DNA of 64,000 nt from the human T2T-CHM13v2.0 reference genome, Homo sapiens: the NCBI RefSeq assembly GCF_009914755.1, contig NC_060933.1; one strand, given 5' to 3'. The notes below the pieces were generated by a model that was given only the letters and a program-made list of their open reading frames with translations, did not search any database and was not told where the DNA came from. Positions 37,045 through 55,768 of the stretch are shown piece after piece. Positions within the stretch are counted from its first letter, which is position 1; each line of letters starts with the position of its first letter. Position numbers and translations under genes: made by a program.

Positions 37045-38932
37045 TGATGAGCAAGGCACAGTTGCAGTCACTGGGGACTTACAGTGTTTGTGGATAAGTT
37101 TGATATATAAATAAATGATTAAAACTACAAAATGCTTCAGTGGAGGTGTCTTCAAAGTATTGAGAAGGGTGTGAGTAATTCTACCAGGGAGTGGGTCAAG
37201 GAAAGCGTTAAAGGAGAGGGGATTCAAGCAGATTCCTGGAAGATATTTGGAGATTATTATGTACAGCAGGGGAGCTTTTCCAGCAAAGATAAGGGGCATG
37301 AAACTGCTGGGTGGTTCCTGAGAACTGGTCCCTCGGATGTGGAAGGAGGTGGTAAGAAAGGAGGCTGCTGAGATCAAACCAGGCCAGATTGTGGGAAACC
37401 ACTGTCTGAGCTGATTTTGGCATCTCTGCCTTAAGATTGTGAATTCTTTTTCTTTTGTGCAGTGTCTGTCCACTGACAGAGCTGTTCGGAGGCCCGGTGT
37501 GCTAGTGTTGATAAAATGTTAAGGGAGGGCCCCTGTGATGCCTAGCATGGCATCCTGCCTGAGGTCAGTGTTTAAATGTTTACTGAAATAACCAAGACAT
37601 GATGTTTATCCTGGAGTTCCAGAGAAGATGTTGTCCCCCTACAAATCCCCAGACACTGGGGTGTGGACGCCGTGTGTCCCGTGGTACCAGTACATTGAAA
37701 AGGCAGTCCCATCAGTGGCTGCTGCTGTAGTTGGACTCTGCAGTCACGTCCACACTGAGAGGGGCTGTTGAAGGTATGACGTCCCAGCTGATGAGCTTGT
37801 CCATCTGCCCTGTAGTCAGAAGCATAACGGAAGAGAAGCGGAGGGGGGAGGTCTATTGCCATGAGTACCTTCTGTGAAAAATGGTACCCTTTTAGTAATT
37901 ACAGTTTTTTTGATATTGCGTAAGTATGTGATTAAATGATCTGTGGTCAGCAGAAATGGGAGTTGAAGGTGCTTTTTCTGTGTACTTTCCATTACCCCCC
38001 AAGTTGGGTGACATTGCCCTTGACCCCAGGCCACACTTCTTCACTCCGCCGTGTCCCATTGCCCTTCCCAGATGTCCCGTCATCAGCTAGAGCTCATGGA
38101 TGTGACTGCTAGGTTAACCTCTAATTTCCTGTACGTTCTCTTGCATGGGGGCTAGGTCATAACTCACCTGCAAAACTCCAAGAGGAGAGAATATAGGGAA
38201 AGCACCCCCTCCTCCCCAGCCTGTGATCTGATGGCCCACAGGTCACCCAGGCTCTTCCCATGGTGTCATGTCACTTTCTTGCCATATTCTTTAGTCTCTG
38301 TCTCCCAGTTATTCCAAAGCGATATTCAGAGGCCTTCACATCTGCTGCTAGGCAGGGCTCTGTTCTGTTACCAAACCTCCAAACCAAACAAGATAACTAA
38401 CTAGGCCTTCTTAGTTTCACAGCCATTTTTTGAATACTGTAGGGACATAATTTATTCATTGGCTTCTTACCAAGACCAAAGAGCGAGGTCTGCAATTTAA
38501 AAAATCTATCTTTCCCTTCCTTTCCTGGCATTTGTCCCACTGACTACCCTCCTACCCACTACTCTCTTTTAAAAACGTCATAGAAAATTTTAAGCATATA
38601 GAAAAGGGAAGAGAATTGTATAATGAACCTGCAGGTACCAGCTTCAATGGTGATCAGCTTGGGCATCTTGTATCATTTATATCCCCACCTACTCATCCTT
38701 AATTATTTTGAAGCAAATGCCATTTTATTTTATTCATAAATATTTTAGTATATAATTTTAAAAGATGAAGATTTTGTAAAATCATACTTCCATTATCATA
38801 CCCAGTGATTCCTTAATATCAATATTCAAATTTCCCTAAATATCTCAAAATCTTTATCTTTTTGTATCTTGTTTTAATGGAATTGGTTGATCTCTTAAGT
38901 TTCTTTACATTTATAGGTGCTTGCGCTCTCTC

Positions 38933-39255
38933 TTCTTTTCTTTTTCTTTTTCTTTTTTTTTTTTTTTTTTGAGATGGAGTCTTGCTCTGTCGCCCAGACT
39001 GGAGTGCAGTGGCATGATCCCGGCTCACTGCAACCTCTGCCTGCCGGGGTTCAAGCAATTCTCCTGCCTCAGCCCCCCGAGTGGGCGCACGCCACCATGC
39101 CCAGCTAATATTGGTATTTTTTTTTTTTTTTTTTTAGTAGAGACGATTTCACCATGTTGGCCAGGCTGGTCTTGAACTCCTGACCTCAAGTGATCTGCCT
39201 GCCTTCGCCTCCCAAAGTGCTGTAATTACAGGCGTGAGGCACTGCGCGCCCAGCC
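38933..39255 (-). mobile_element. AluS with internal deletion, ~90 bp downstream of the L1 3' end and in the same orientation
   Basis: Dimer with long T/CT tail. Confidence 0.92.
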
Positions 39256-39341
39256 AGGTTTCTTAATGTTTACCTGGGCCCACGTGGTGGTCTTGACAAA
39301 GTGGGAAAAACGGAGTATGCTCACAGGGAGCTTTCCTTGTT

Positions 39342-39361
39342 GAGGTTTGTTTTTTTTTTTT
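39342..39361 (+). repeat. L1 target-site duplication, left copy (gaggtttg + T12)
   Basis: Identical to 45400-45419; its inner boundary merges with the L1 poly(A) tail. Confidence 0.85.
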
Positions 39362-39586
39362 TCTTTTTTTTTCTTTTTTTTATTATACTCTAAGTTTTAG
39401 GGTACATGTGCACATTGTGCAGGTTAGTTACATATGTATACATGTGCCATGCTGGTGCACTGCAGCCACTAATGTGTCATCTAGCATTAGATATATCTCC
39501 CAATGCTATCCCTCCCCCCTCCCCCGACCCCACCACAGTCCCCAGAGTGTGATATTCCCCTTCCTGTGTCCATGTGATCTCATTGT

Positions 39587-43438
<3,852 letters not shown>

Positions 43439-43477
43439 TCATTAGTTGATGCAGTTTCTTCCTAGTCTCGATGGTCT

Positions 43478-44494
43478 TTACATTTTGGCATGATTTTGCA
43501 GCGGCTGGTACCGGTTGTTCCTTTCCATGTTTAGCGCTTCCTTCAGGAGCTCTTTTAGGGCAGGCCTGGTGGTGACAAAATCTCTCAACATTTGCTTGTC
43601 TATAAAGTATTTTATTTCTCCTTCACTTATGAAGCTTAGTTTGGCTGGATATGAAATTCTGGGTTGAAAATTCTTTTCTTTAAGAATGTTGAATATTGGC
43701 CCCCACTCTCTTCTGGCTTGTAGGGTTTCTGCCGAGAGATCCGCTGTTAGTCTGATGGGCTTTCCTTTGAGGGTAACCCGACCTTTCTCTCTGGCTGCCC
43801 TTAACATTTTTTCCTTCATTTCAACTTTGGTGAATCTGACAATTATGTGTCTTGGAGTTGCTCTTCTCGAGGAGTATCTTTGTGGCGTTCTCTGTATTTC
43901 CTGAATCTGAACGTTGGCCTGCCTTGCTAGATTGGGGAAGTTCTCCTGGATAATATCCTGCAGAGTGTTTTCCAACTTGGTTCCATTCTCCACATCACTT
44001 TCAGGTACACCAATCAGACGTAGATTTGGTCTTTTCACATAGTCCCATATTTCTTGGAGGCTTTGCTCATTTCTTTTTATTCTTTTTTCTCTAAACTGCC
44101 CTTCTCGCTTCATTTCATTCATTTCATCTTCCATTGCTGATACCCTTTCTTCCAGTTGATCGCATCGGCTCCTGAGGCTTCTGCATTCTTCACGTAGTTC
44201 TCGAGCCTTGGTTTTCAGCTCCATCAGCTCCTTTAAGCACTTCTCTGTATTGGTTATTCTAGTTATACATTCTTCTAAATTTTTTTCAAAGTTTTCAACT
44301 TCTTTGCCTTTGGTTTGAATGTCCTCCCGTAGCTCAGAGTAATTTGATCGTCTGAAGCCTTCTTCTCTCAGCTCGTCAAAATCATTCTCCATCCAGCTTT
44401 GTTCTGTTGCTGGTGAGGAACTGCGTTCCTTTGGAGGAGGAGAGGCGCTCTGCGTTTTAGAGTTTCCAGTTTTTCTGTTCTGTTTTTTCCCCAT
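43478..44494 (-). CDS. L1 ORF1p, 338 aa RNA-binding/chaperone protein (coiled coil-RRM-CTD)
   Basis: MGKKQNRKTGNSKTQ...NHAKM, full length; REKG, ARR and YPAKLS motifs intact. Confidence 0.99.
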   Translation of the reverse strand: MGKKQNRKTGNSKTQSASPPPKERSSSPATEQSWMENDFDELREEGFRRSNYSELREDIQTKGKEVENFEKNLEECITRITNTEKCLKELMELKTKARELREECRSLRSRCDQLEERVSAMEDEMNEMKREGQFREKRIKRNEQSLQEIWDYVKRPNLRLIGVPESDVENGTKLENTLQDIIQENFPNLARQANVQIQEIQRTPQRYSSRRATPRHIIVRFTKVEMKEKMLRAAREKGRVTLKGKPIRLTADLSAETLQARREWGPIFNILKEKNFQPRISYPAKLSFISEGEIKYFIDKQMLRDFVTTRPALKELLKEALNMERNNRYQPLQNHAKM

Positions 44495-44949
44495 CTTTGT
44501 GGTTTTATCTACTTTTGGTCTTTGATGATGGTGATGTACAGATGGGTTTTCGGTGTAGATGTCCTTTCTGGTTGTTAGTTTTCCTTCTAACAGACAGGAC
44601 CCTCAGCTGCAGGTCTGTTGGAATACCCTGCCGTGTGAGGTGTCAGTGTGCCCCTGCTGGGGGGTGCCTCCCAGTTAGGCTGCTCGGGGGTCAGGAGTCA
44701 GGGACCCACTTGAGGAGGCAGTCTGCCCGTTCTCAGATCTCCAGCTGCGTGCTGGGAGAACCACTGCTCTCTTCAAAGCTGTCAGACAGGGACACTTAAG
44801 TCTGCAGAGGTTACTGCTGTCTTTTTGTTTGTCTGTGCCCTGCCCCCAGAGGTGGAGCCTACAGAGGCAGGCAGGCCTCCTTGAGCTGTGGTGGGCTCCA
44901 CCCAGTTCGAGCTTCCCGGCTGCTTTGTTTACCTAAGCAAGCCTGGGCA

Positions 44950-45165
44950 ATGGCGGGCGCCCCTCCCCCAGCCTCGTTGCCGCCTTGCAGTTTGATCTCA
45001 GACTGCTGTGCTAGCAATCAGCGAGATTCCGTGGGCGTAGGACCCTCCGAGCCAGGTGTGGGATATAGTCTCGTGGTGCGCCGTTTCTTAAGCCGGTCTG
45101 AAAAGCGCAATATTCGGGTGGGAGTGACCCGATTTTCCAGGTGCATCCGTCACCCCTTTCTTTGA
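44950..45165 (+). CDS. L1 ORF0 (71 aa, antisense ORF in the primate L1 5'UTR)
   Basis: ATG at 44950 in context GCAATGG; MAGAPPPASLPPCSLISDCCASNQRDSVGVGPSEPG...RCIRHPFL* matches ORF0 (the ORF track starts it upstream at a TTG). Confidence 0.9.
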   Translation: MAGAPPPASLPPCSLISDCCASNQRDSVGVGPSEPGVGYSLVVRRFLSRSEKRNIRVGVTRFSRCIRHPFL

Positions 45166-45288
45166 CTCGGAAAGGGAACTCCCTGACCCCTTGCGCTTCC
45201 CAGGTGAGGCAATGCCTCGCCCTGCTTCGGCTCGCGCACGGTGCGCACACACACTGGCCTGCGCCCACTGTCTGGCACTCCCTAGTGA

Positions 45289-45714
<426 letters not shown>

Positions 45715-46014
45715 TGATGATGGTGGGGCCATTATGTTCTCTGCCCTTGAACTGCTTACTTATATTGGTTTCTCCAGCACTTCCTAAAAGATGAATTGGC
45801 ATGAAATTGATTCAAAGCACTACCATAGTTTGTTTCTCTTGGTCGTAAAAGATTTGTTCACTCAAGAAACACTGAGTAGGGAGAGGCTCAGGTGTTTCGA
45901 AAGTTATTTTTGGGTTTTAGAAATGTTTATTGGTTTGGCTAAACCAGCTGCTTTTGCTGATACTCTCCAGTATGTGTTTTCATTTAATTTTAAGGTGCTC
46001 TTTTCTTCTTTTAG

Positions 46015-46206
46015 GATCTCATTTTGCCCAACGGTGGTACTCCAGCAGGTACTTCAAGTCCAGCTTCTTCATCTTCCCTTCTCAACAGACTTCAGCTTGA
46101 TGATGATATTGATGGTGAGACTAGAGATCTCTTCGTTATAGTCGATGATCCCAAGAAGCATGTGTGTACAATGGAGACTTACATCACCTATAGGATCACC
46201 ACCAAA
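46015..46206 (+). CDS. SNX30: SNX30 coding exon (exon 2), 192 nt, phase 0-0, DLILPNGG...YRITTK; start of PX domain
   Basis: Polypyrimidine tract + ttag acceptor ending 46014; donor AAA|gtaggt at 46207. Translation [64 protein letters not shown] is recognised as SNX30 (SNX7/30 PX N-terminus). Confidence 0.95.
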
Positions 46207-46689
46207 GTAGGTCCCTGTGTTATAGAATGCCCGTGTTGAGTGGTCTCGGGGAATTGGGGTCTACCTCAGTGAATTTTGCCTTTGCTCTCCCCCTTATTGT
46301 ACAACTCTGTTCACCTTGATTGCAATTGTGAGTGTGGCTTCTTGAGAGAATAGATGTAATTCAGATGAAAAGGATTATATATAATAGTTTTTTAAATCTT
46401 AGAATGAGGAAGAAATTGTAAGATTTTTCAAATAAACATTTAATCCCTATACTTGCGCTTATTTTTTTTACCATGATACTATTTAACATGTTAATATCAT
46501 ATTGCTTCTGAAATTTATGAATCATTGTATCAACCTAAATCACTGTGATGAGACCATGAATAAAATTTGGCCTAGGTGGGGTTGATGGTAGCAGGAGGAG
46601 GAATAATGGGAGGATAGAAACTAATACTGTCTTTCTGGTATGTGTCAGATAGGTAGTGGGCAGGTGTTGAGATTTAATTGATTAATTAA

Positions 46690-47123
<434 letters not shown>

Positions 47124-47279
47124 TGAATTTGTAGGACTATACAGCCTATATTTTAATTTTTAAAAACCATACTCTTTACATAATTCCACTTATAAAAGAA
47201 TAATTTTAATGTATCATTTGTTACTTATGAAAATTATTTTTTGAATATTTAAAATAGTATTAAAGTTTTAGTCTTGGAA

Positions 47280-47503
47280 CAAGGTTTCCCAATCTTGGCA
47301 GTATTAACCTTTTGGACTGAAGAGTTCTTTGCTGTGGGGGGCTGTCTTATAGAGTGTTTATCAGCAGCCCTGTCCTCTACCCATGAGACGGCAGGAGTGT
47401 TCTCTTGGTCCCCAGTTGTGACAACCAAAAATGTCTCCAGACATTGCCAAATGTTCCCTGGGGGACAGGATTGCCACCCCACCCCCGACCAGTTGAAAGC
47501 CAC
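47280..47503. mobile_element. MER20 (hAT-Charlie)
   Basis: ccagttgtgacaaccaaaaatgtctccagacattgccaaatgt hallmark. Confidence 0.85.
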
Positions 47504-48271
47504 ATATTTAGAGGAAGAATGACAATATTGACATTATTAGGGAGAGAATTCACATTATCACTTTGTATCTTGGGATAAAAAAGTGTTTAGTTAGGAAGCT
47601 ATCCTATTTCTTGGTACCCCACCCCCACCAAGTCACATAACAAAGAATGATTTACAGATATTTTTGGAACCTTTAATAGATGGTGTCTTTATGGAAGGCA
47701 TTAAGAGAAGCTCTGATGAGCGTGTCCCTCGTCTTTTACTGTGTCTTTTTTCTTTTTCATTGTAGAAAAAAATCATTTTTTATTTTGAAAGTTTTGTAAG
47801 TTCTGTACCTTTTAAAATTCTTTGGAAAGACAAGCAGGGAATAAAATACTCAAGTTGTGTTTCTTCATCTCTTATTGGATGAAAATTTTATATTTGTAAA
47901 AAAATAAAAGAAGCGATGCTGAAGGCCACATGCTGAGTGGAAACAGGGAGCCTCCCTCAGCCCTTCTTACTAACCTTGTCCTTCTTGCCAAAAGCAACCA
48001 TGGCTAAAATTTGCTGTGTGTCCTTCTAGTTGTTTTTCTTTGCGTTTACATTCACACACATGTATAGTTAGAATGTATATGATTTAGATTTCAGTGTAAT
48101 GTTGCTTTCCAATGTTCCCTTCCATTTTATAGTATTTTTGAAGACCTTTCCATGTTCATATGACCATGTCTAGCTTACTCTTTCAATCTCTGTCTAATTA
48201 TTTATGCAATAATTATATCTTTTCTCTATGGACATTTAAGCCTGCTCCAGTTTTTTGATGTTACTACTCTG

Positions 48272-48596
48272 TCTTTTCTTTTCTATCTTTTTTTTTTTTT
48301 TTTTTTTTTTTTTGAGACAGAGTCTCCCTCTGTCGCCCAGGATGGAGTGTAGTGGCGTGATCTCAGCTCACTGCAACCTCCGCCCTCTGGGTTCAAGGGG
48401 ATTCTCCTGCCTCAGCCTCCCGAGTAGCTGGGACTACAGATGTATGCCACCATGCCCGGCTACTTTTTGTATTTTTAGTAGAGATGAGGTTTTACTATGT
48501 TGGCCAGCCTGGTCTTGAACTCCTGGTGTCAGGTGATCTGCCCGCCTGGGCCTCCCAAAGTGCTGGGATTACAAGCGTGAGCCGCTGTGTCCGGCT
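48272..48596 (-). mobile_element. AluS
   Basis: Dimer. Confidence 0.93.
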
Positions 48597-50099
48597 GCTA
48601 CCCTGTGTTTTCTGCAGCAGGTTCGCATGTAAAGATATGTCTATGTAAGTACGTGTGCACATGCATAGTCTTACCCCACTACACCACTGGGCACCTAGCC
48701 CAGACATTGGGCTAGATGCTTACATATATTATTTCCTCAGAGGACCTAGATTAATATACATATTTCCAGGAATTATATCCATTTATTTATTTTTTTCTAG
48801 GGTGACCTTATTTTTTACCCTGTAGTCAGTGAAAGGTAAGCCTGTTTTTCTTGACTTAGTGCTGTAAACAGCCAAATGACAAAGTGACCGCCTTGCTGGC
48901 ACAGCAGTGCTTGCCCACTGTGACATTTCCCCTCAGCTTCTTGATTTTTCTGCCCCAAAATGCAAATACTACAGGACTCCCATTAACTGATTGAGAGGCT
49001 AACGCGCAACTGCAACTCACCAGTCTTTCCTGTGCTGCTTCTCTTTCCTTCCCTACCTTTTTCCCTCTGTGTTCTTATTTCTATCCCTTCTCTTGGGCTT
49101 GATTTCCTATAAGTCATTAAATGCCTTAGAGTAACGTTTTCCAAGTTCTAGCAGCACATTTTCACTTGGCTGTGATGCCAGCACCTCAAGATAATCTTGT
49201 TGCAGAACTGAGTTTTACTTTTTATCATTTCTTTCACTTCTGATCCCAAACCAGAGTTGTCTTCTTTTCCTGTTTCTAATAGTGACACCAGGTTTATATT
49301 TTGGTGGTGCATTCAGAGGCTTCTTTCTGAAGTTGTATTGACGGATATCGTAGGGGTGTGTGAGAATGAGAGAAAGAGAACAAACAAGAGGAACACGGGA
49401 TCCCAACACCTGACCCTGTCCTGGGACTTCCACTTCTGCAGAGGTCCTCAAACGAAGTTAATGGTCAGAGGACAAGGTTGTTCAAATGCTTTGCTTTATT
49501 ACCTTAAGGCTTTGATGCTCTAGTCCTAATTCAGATTCCTGATGACCAGGGCTGGACAAAGTACAGAGCTCTTTTTGCCTGAGCTAAAATAAGTGAAGGC
49601 TGACAGCCAATGTAGGCAAAGAATTATCCACCCAAATCTAAGGTAAAAGTATCTTCTCTCCCCAGTGGTGGAGAGCCAGTTTAGGCCTTCTTAGGGCAGG
49701 CAGCTTCTGGCTCTTTTTTTCTGGAGACTACAAGAAAGTAACATCATAACAGCAGCTAGTTATTGGACACTTACCATGCACTGTACTTTTTTGCAGTTGA
49801 AACCCTTTTATTTTTATGTTATATAAGTAATGTATGTTCATTGTAGAAAAAAAAGAAAGTTCAAGTAAGCTAAAACACTAAAGAATGCCTATACGCTCAC
49901 CAGCCAGAAATAATTGTTGCTGACTTTCTATACTACTTCATCCAGTTACAAAAACAAGTATTTTGTATACTGCCAATTCACTTAATACATTGTGAACATG
50001 TTTCTATGCTAGGAAATGCCAGTAAGCATGCTTTTATGCTATTGTTTATAAGACTGCAATAGCGTTCCATTGTATGGATGTGCCCTCATTTATTTTGTG

Positions 50100-50275
50100 C
50101 TAAATGCTTTACGTATATTATCAGTTAATCTTCACACTCAATGAAGTAGATATAAATACTATTATCTTACAAATGAGAAAATTGAGAGACAGAGATGTTA
50201 AGAAAATTGCTCAAAGACATGCAACTCATGGGTGGTGGAGCTAGAACTTGAGTCCAGGTCTCTCTGATTCTAAAG
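50100..50275 (-). mobile_element. MIR
   Basis: ttacaaatgagaaaattgagagacagagatgttaag...ctagaacttgagtccaggtct. Confidence 0.75.
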
Positions 50276-50316
50276 ATAATAAATATTAATAATCTTGCCC
50301 AAAAGACATGATTTTC

Positions 50317-50608
<292 letters not shown>

Positions 50609-53375
50609 CAAAAGACATGATTTTCAAGAGAGGGATGGCCCCGATACCCAGCACTGTGGTCCAGTAGCATGGCCTGTGTGGTTGAAACTGACAATACAGA
50701 AGTAGGCTTGAGGGTGAGGAAACAGAGGCGAGCCTTCAACTCCCTTCAGGGTTTATTATTTTCTTGTGTTTAGCCTCATTACCAGTGGTGTGTAAAAAAA
50801 AAAAAGAAAAAGAGTCATAACACCCCAACTAGTTCCTCTTTCTAAATGCCTCAGTGGTCAACAGAGTCTAAATGCTGCTCCGAGGCTGAATTATGTACAA
50901 TGCAAAGTGGACGTTAGTTTAATGACACAGTTATTGCTGGTTGTGGTGTGAGCAGTTTCATTGGTGTAGTGATGCAGAACCCAAGTGGGTTAGAGTGAGC
51001 GAGGGGTAAGAGAGAGAAGAGTGTTAGAATTCTGGCAATGAAAACAAGCATAGAGAGCAGTGGTCAGAAGTGGGCATGGGTTTGAGGGAGAGGGAGGCTT
51101 TTTTTTTTGGACTGCTGCTGTTTTTAAGGATGAAAGAGACTTGTTTAACTGCCAGTTGCGCAGTATTGGTAGAGAAGAAGGCATTAGGTTGAAGATTGGA
51201 GAGTAGGATGGAGGCTCCTGGGAAGGCGGAGGAAGCTAGAATTGCCACCGAAGGGGCGGTGTACTTTTTCCATTGTTTGTGGAGAAGGAAGGGAAGTTTG
51301 TTTTGTGGCAGGAAGTTAAGGGGTTCTTTGCTTATATCTGGAGTTTTCTCTCTGAATAGATGATGAAGCCTTCTAAGGGTGGGGGTGGTTTGAAGTGGGG
51401 ATTAGAAATTTTCACAACTTTTATGGGCTTTTTGATAAATGATTTGGACAGTGTGGGAGTGAGCTGACGTAAGGGAGTATGAAAAGGGTGCCTGGCAATG
51501 TTGGAGGGTCTGGTTGTAGAATGTATCGTGTCTGTCCGTGTGTTTGCTTGATTTTGTTTCTCCTCTAGCAGTGTGCTCACACACCCAGGTCTGGTAGAGC
51601 AAGTGGGTTTTTACGAGTTGGGTGAATGGGCAGTGGGGAGGGAACAACATTTAGATATTGCTGTAAGTGATTGAAGTTCTGGGCCATGGAATGGATGCTG
51701 AGTAAAGAAGGAAGGAAGTAAAGACATGAATGGATGGAATGTCAAGGAACTTTAGGTCCCAAGAGGCTGAGAAACCAAGGATGTTGGGAAGAGGAAGAGC
51801 CTGAAATATAGGGGATGCCGTTTAGAGGGAGATGTGTGGGTTTCTCCCTGGTGACGGTCTGGGAGAGGCTGTGGAATGGAAGGAAACATTGCTTGCTTAG
51901 AGGCTGGTGTTGTATGTATGAGCCACCTGGATCTCGAGGGCACTTAGGTTGTGGAAGGGCTTGGAAAGGAAGCCTGAGAGCCAGCTGCTTGAATCTTCAG
52001 GGCATCAGGAGAAATGGCAGAGCTGTCAGTGGATGACAGCTGTGCGGGAGAGATACAGGATGTATGTCACTGGATGGCACGAGCCTCAGAAGGGTTTTCA
52101 CAGGGCGGTTGGGGAGTGGTGGTCAGGAGCTGTGTGGAACGAGGAGCATGTCAGCAGCAGCTCCTGGCCTTGGGGGCTGGGCGAGGCTTGTGGAATGCGA
52201 GCAGCTCACAGAGGGACCGATGGCAGGGAGGCCCGATTATCAGGGAGAGCCAGGTTTCAGAATTTGAATGGGCAGAAGAACGACAAGACTTTATTAACTA
52301 TGGCGTGGGTCTTCCAGAGAGCTTGGCAGAAAGATCTGAGAGGAACGAGATAAGTGGAAGTCCATGTTGGAAGAAAGGAAGGCAGAGGAGCGTGAGGATG
52401 AAAGGCTGGAAGCCTCTACTTGTCATTCTCAGGGCAGTGGGGTTTTGAGGCAGAATGGGACTAGCTGGTTTTTGTTTGATAAGGGAAGAGATCCCTTTGT
52501 TGGGAGATGGGGGTTGCCTAGAATTCTTAAGACCCAGCTGTGGCCTGGACAGATGGCACTTGTGATAAAGACCACGTCTCTCTGGAGTGACTCAATTGTA
52601 AATTTTGGATCAAATGGACGTTCTTCGGAACGGCCTTGGGCCACAGTTGTTGGGCACGTCAGCTCTTGGGGCATAAGGGGAGACCTTATGTGGTAGGGTG
52701 AGTGGGGCCCAGTAGGTGGAGTGCCCTGCTGGATGACCGATTAGACTGTCATTCTGTGCTGGGTCTTCTAAAATGTTGAACTTCTGAAGGAAAAAAAAAT
52801 TTCCAGGGATGTCTGGAGATGACCAGGGACGTATCCACGTGGAGTGATGGTGTTACACTTCTAGCATAGCAAAAATGAGCCTTCTTGACTATGATTCTTG
52901 TGCTTGGTCACCTGTTCTTAGACCTGACTGTACATGTGCGCCCGTGACCTTGTGATCTTTGGACATTCTGCATTGTGGACACACGATGTGGAAGGACATA
53001 GAACAAAATGATGTAGTGGTTGTCTCTGATTATGGAATTGTGTGTGTATGCTTTTCGTTCTTTTAAAAAATTGTTTACTATAGGTATTCAAAAATAGAGA
53101 TAAATGTATATTTTTAAATTTTCCTAAGTTAGATCCTGAATTTCATGGAGGAAAAATTTACTACAAACTTATCTTTGGAGTTTTACTGGTCTGCCTGTTT
53201 TATGAATACTGTGAGTCCTATAAATGTGTTTCTCTCCAGAAATTCCAAGTAGTGTCTCTGGCCCAGTTTCAGCTGGTGTGCAGTGTTTCATTGTGAGTGT
53301 GTTTTGCTAGCCTCATTCCTGGCTCTACTTTTTCCCTCTGTCCTTGTTTTTTCTTTCCTTTTCACCTACTTCTAA

Positions 53376-53783
<408 letters not shown>

Positions 53784-54091
53784 TTGAGCATCCCTTTCAT
53801 GATAACTTCTTACGTTATTGCTTTCCAAAGCATCAAGCAGGTTTTTCTTGCTGTATTAAGTTCCCAATGTCCTTAAAGGAGCTTTTAAAAAATGAGCATT
53901 GTGTGTGTGTGAGACTATAAAAATAGTGTATGAGAATGGTGTAAAATTTGGAAATGAGTGAATATAAAGAGGACAGTTCTCATTATTAGCTTTAAATTTT
54001 TCTTCTAAATTTTTTAATATCCAGATATTAATGTAAATGAAATCCTTATGTACAATTAATTTTGTATCCTCCCATTTTCCCTTAAAACAAC

Positions 54092-54385
54092 AGGCCGGGC
54101 ATGGTGCCTCATGCCTATAATCCCAGCACTTTGGGAAGCTGAGGTGGGTGGATCACTTGAGGTCAGGAATTTGAGACCAGCCTGGTCAACATGGTGAAAC
54201 CCCGTCTCTACTAAAAATACAAAAATTATCTGGGTGTGGTGGCGCACGCCTGTAGTCCCAGCTACTTGGGAGGCTAAGGCAGGAGAATCACCTGAACCTG
54301 GGAGGTGTGGAGGTTGCAGTGAGCCGAGATCATGCCACTATACTCCAGCCTGGTCGACAGAGTGAGACTCCATCTCAAAAAAAAC
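54092..54385 (+). mobile_element. AluSx-like
   Basis: Dimer, TSD aaaacaaca. Confidence 0.93.
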
Positions 54386-54411
54386 CCCCCAAAACAACAA
54401 TGTCTTATACC

Positions 54412-54688
54412 CTGGTTGTGGTGGCTCATGCCTGTGATCCCATCACTTTGGAAGGCTGAGACAGAGGATTGCTTAAGGTCAGGAGTTAGAGACCAGCCTG
54501 GGCAACATAGTGAGACGCCTATCTCTACAAAAAAAACAAACAAAAAAACCACCAAAAATCAGCCAGATATGGTGGCATGTGCCTGTAGTCCAGGTACTTG
54601 GGAGGCTGAGGTGGGAGGATTGCCTGAGCCCAGGAGTTTGAGGCTACAGTGAGCTATGATTGTGCCACTGCCTTCCAGCCTGGGGGAC
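54412..54688 (+). mobile_element. AluJ lacking its 3' tail
   Basis: Dimer ending ccagcctggggg. Confidence 0.9.
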
Positions 54689-54696
54689 TGTATTTA

Positions 54697-55062
<366 letters not shown>

Positions 55063-55458
55063 TAAATATGCCATAATTTCATTAATAGTTTTTAATTATT
55101 GAATATTTAGGTTGCTTTGATTCCTTGCTGATTTAAATAATATTGCAATGAAGATCATTATGCAAATATCCTTGCCACAGTTTAGACATTATTTTCCAAT
55201 GGTAGATTCCTAGAAGTAGAAAAGCAGTGATTAGACATAACTAGAAAAGAAAATCATAGAGACTATAGGTGAATATTTTTATAAGCTTGCAGTGGGGATG
55301 GCCTTCTTACTGAAGACCCCAAAAGTAGCATAAAGGGCAAATATGGATGAAATCAACAATAAAACAATGGAAAGATTCTGTATCAGACAAACCATTTGGA
55401 AATTATGATAGGCAAATGGTAATAAAGAACTTACACAAATGAAAAAGACTTGACTCAA

Positions 55459-55768
55459 TTTTTATTTTTATTTTTATTTATTTTTTGAGTTGAGGTCTTA
55501 CTCTGTGGCTCACACTGGAGTGCAGTGGTGCAGTCTTGGCTAGCTGTAACCTCTGCCTCCCAGGCTCAAGCAATCCTCCCACCTCAGCGTCCTGAGTAGC
55601 AGGGACTACAGGTGCATGCCACCATGCCCGGCTAATTTTTGCATTTTTTGTAGAGACAGGGTTTTGCCATGTTGCTCAGGCTGGTCTTGAACTCCTGGAC
55701 TCAAGCTATCTGCCTGCCTCGGCCTCCCAAAGTGCTAAGATTATAGGCATGAGCCACTGCGCCTGGCT
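55459..55768 (-). mobile_element. AluJ
   Basis: Dimer. Confidence 0.92.

Noticed and set aside
36780-38100. Non-repetitive stretch with GATA and CRE-like motifs (possible enhancer)
   Set aside because: Short motifs alone are not evidence; chromatin or conservation data are needed.
45791-46141. 116-aa ORF overlapping exon 2
   Set aside because: Alternative frame of SNX30 exon 2 starting in the intron; relevant only as the hypothetical tail of an ORF0 fusion.
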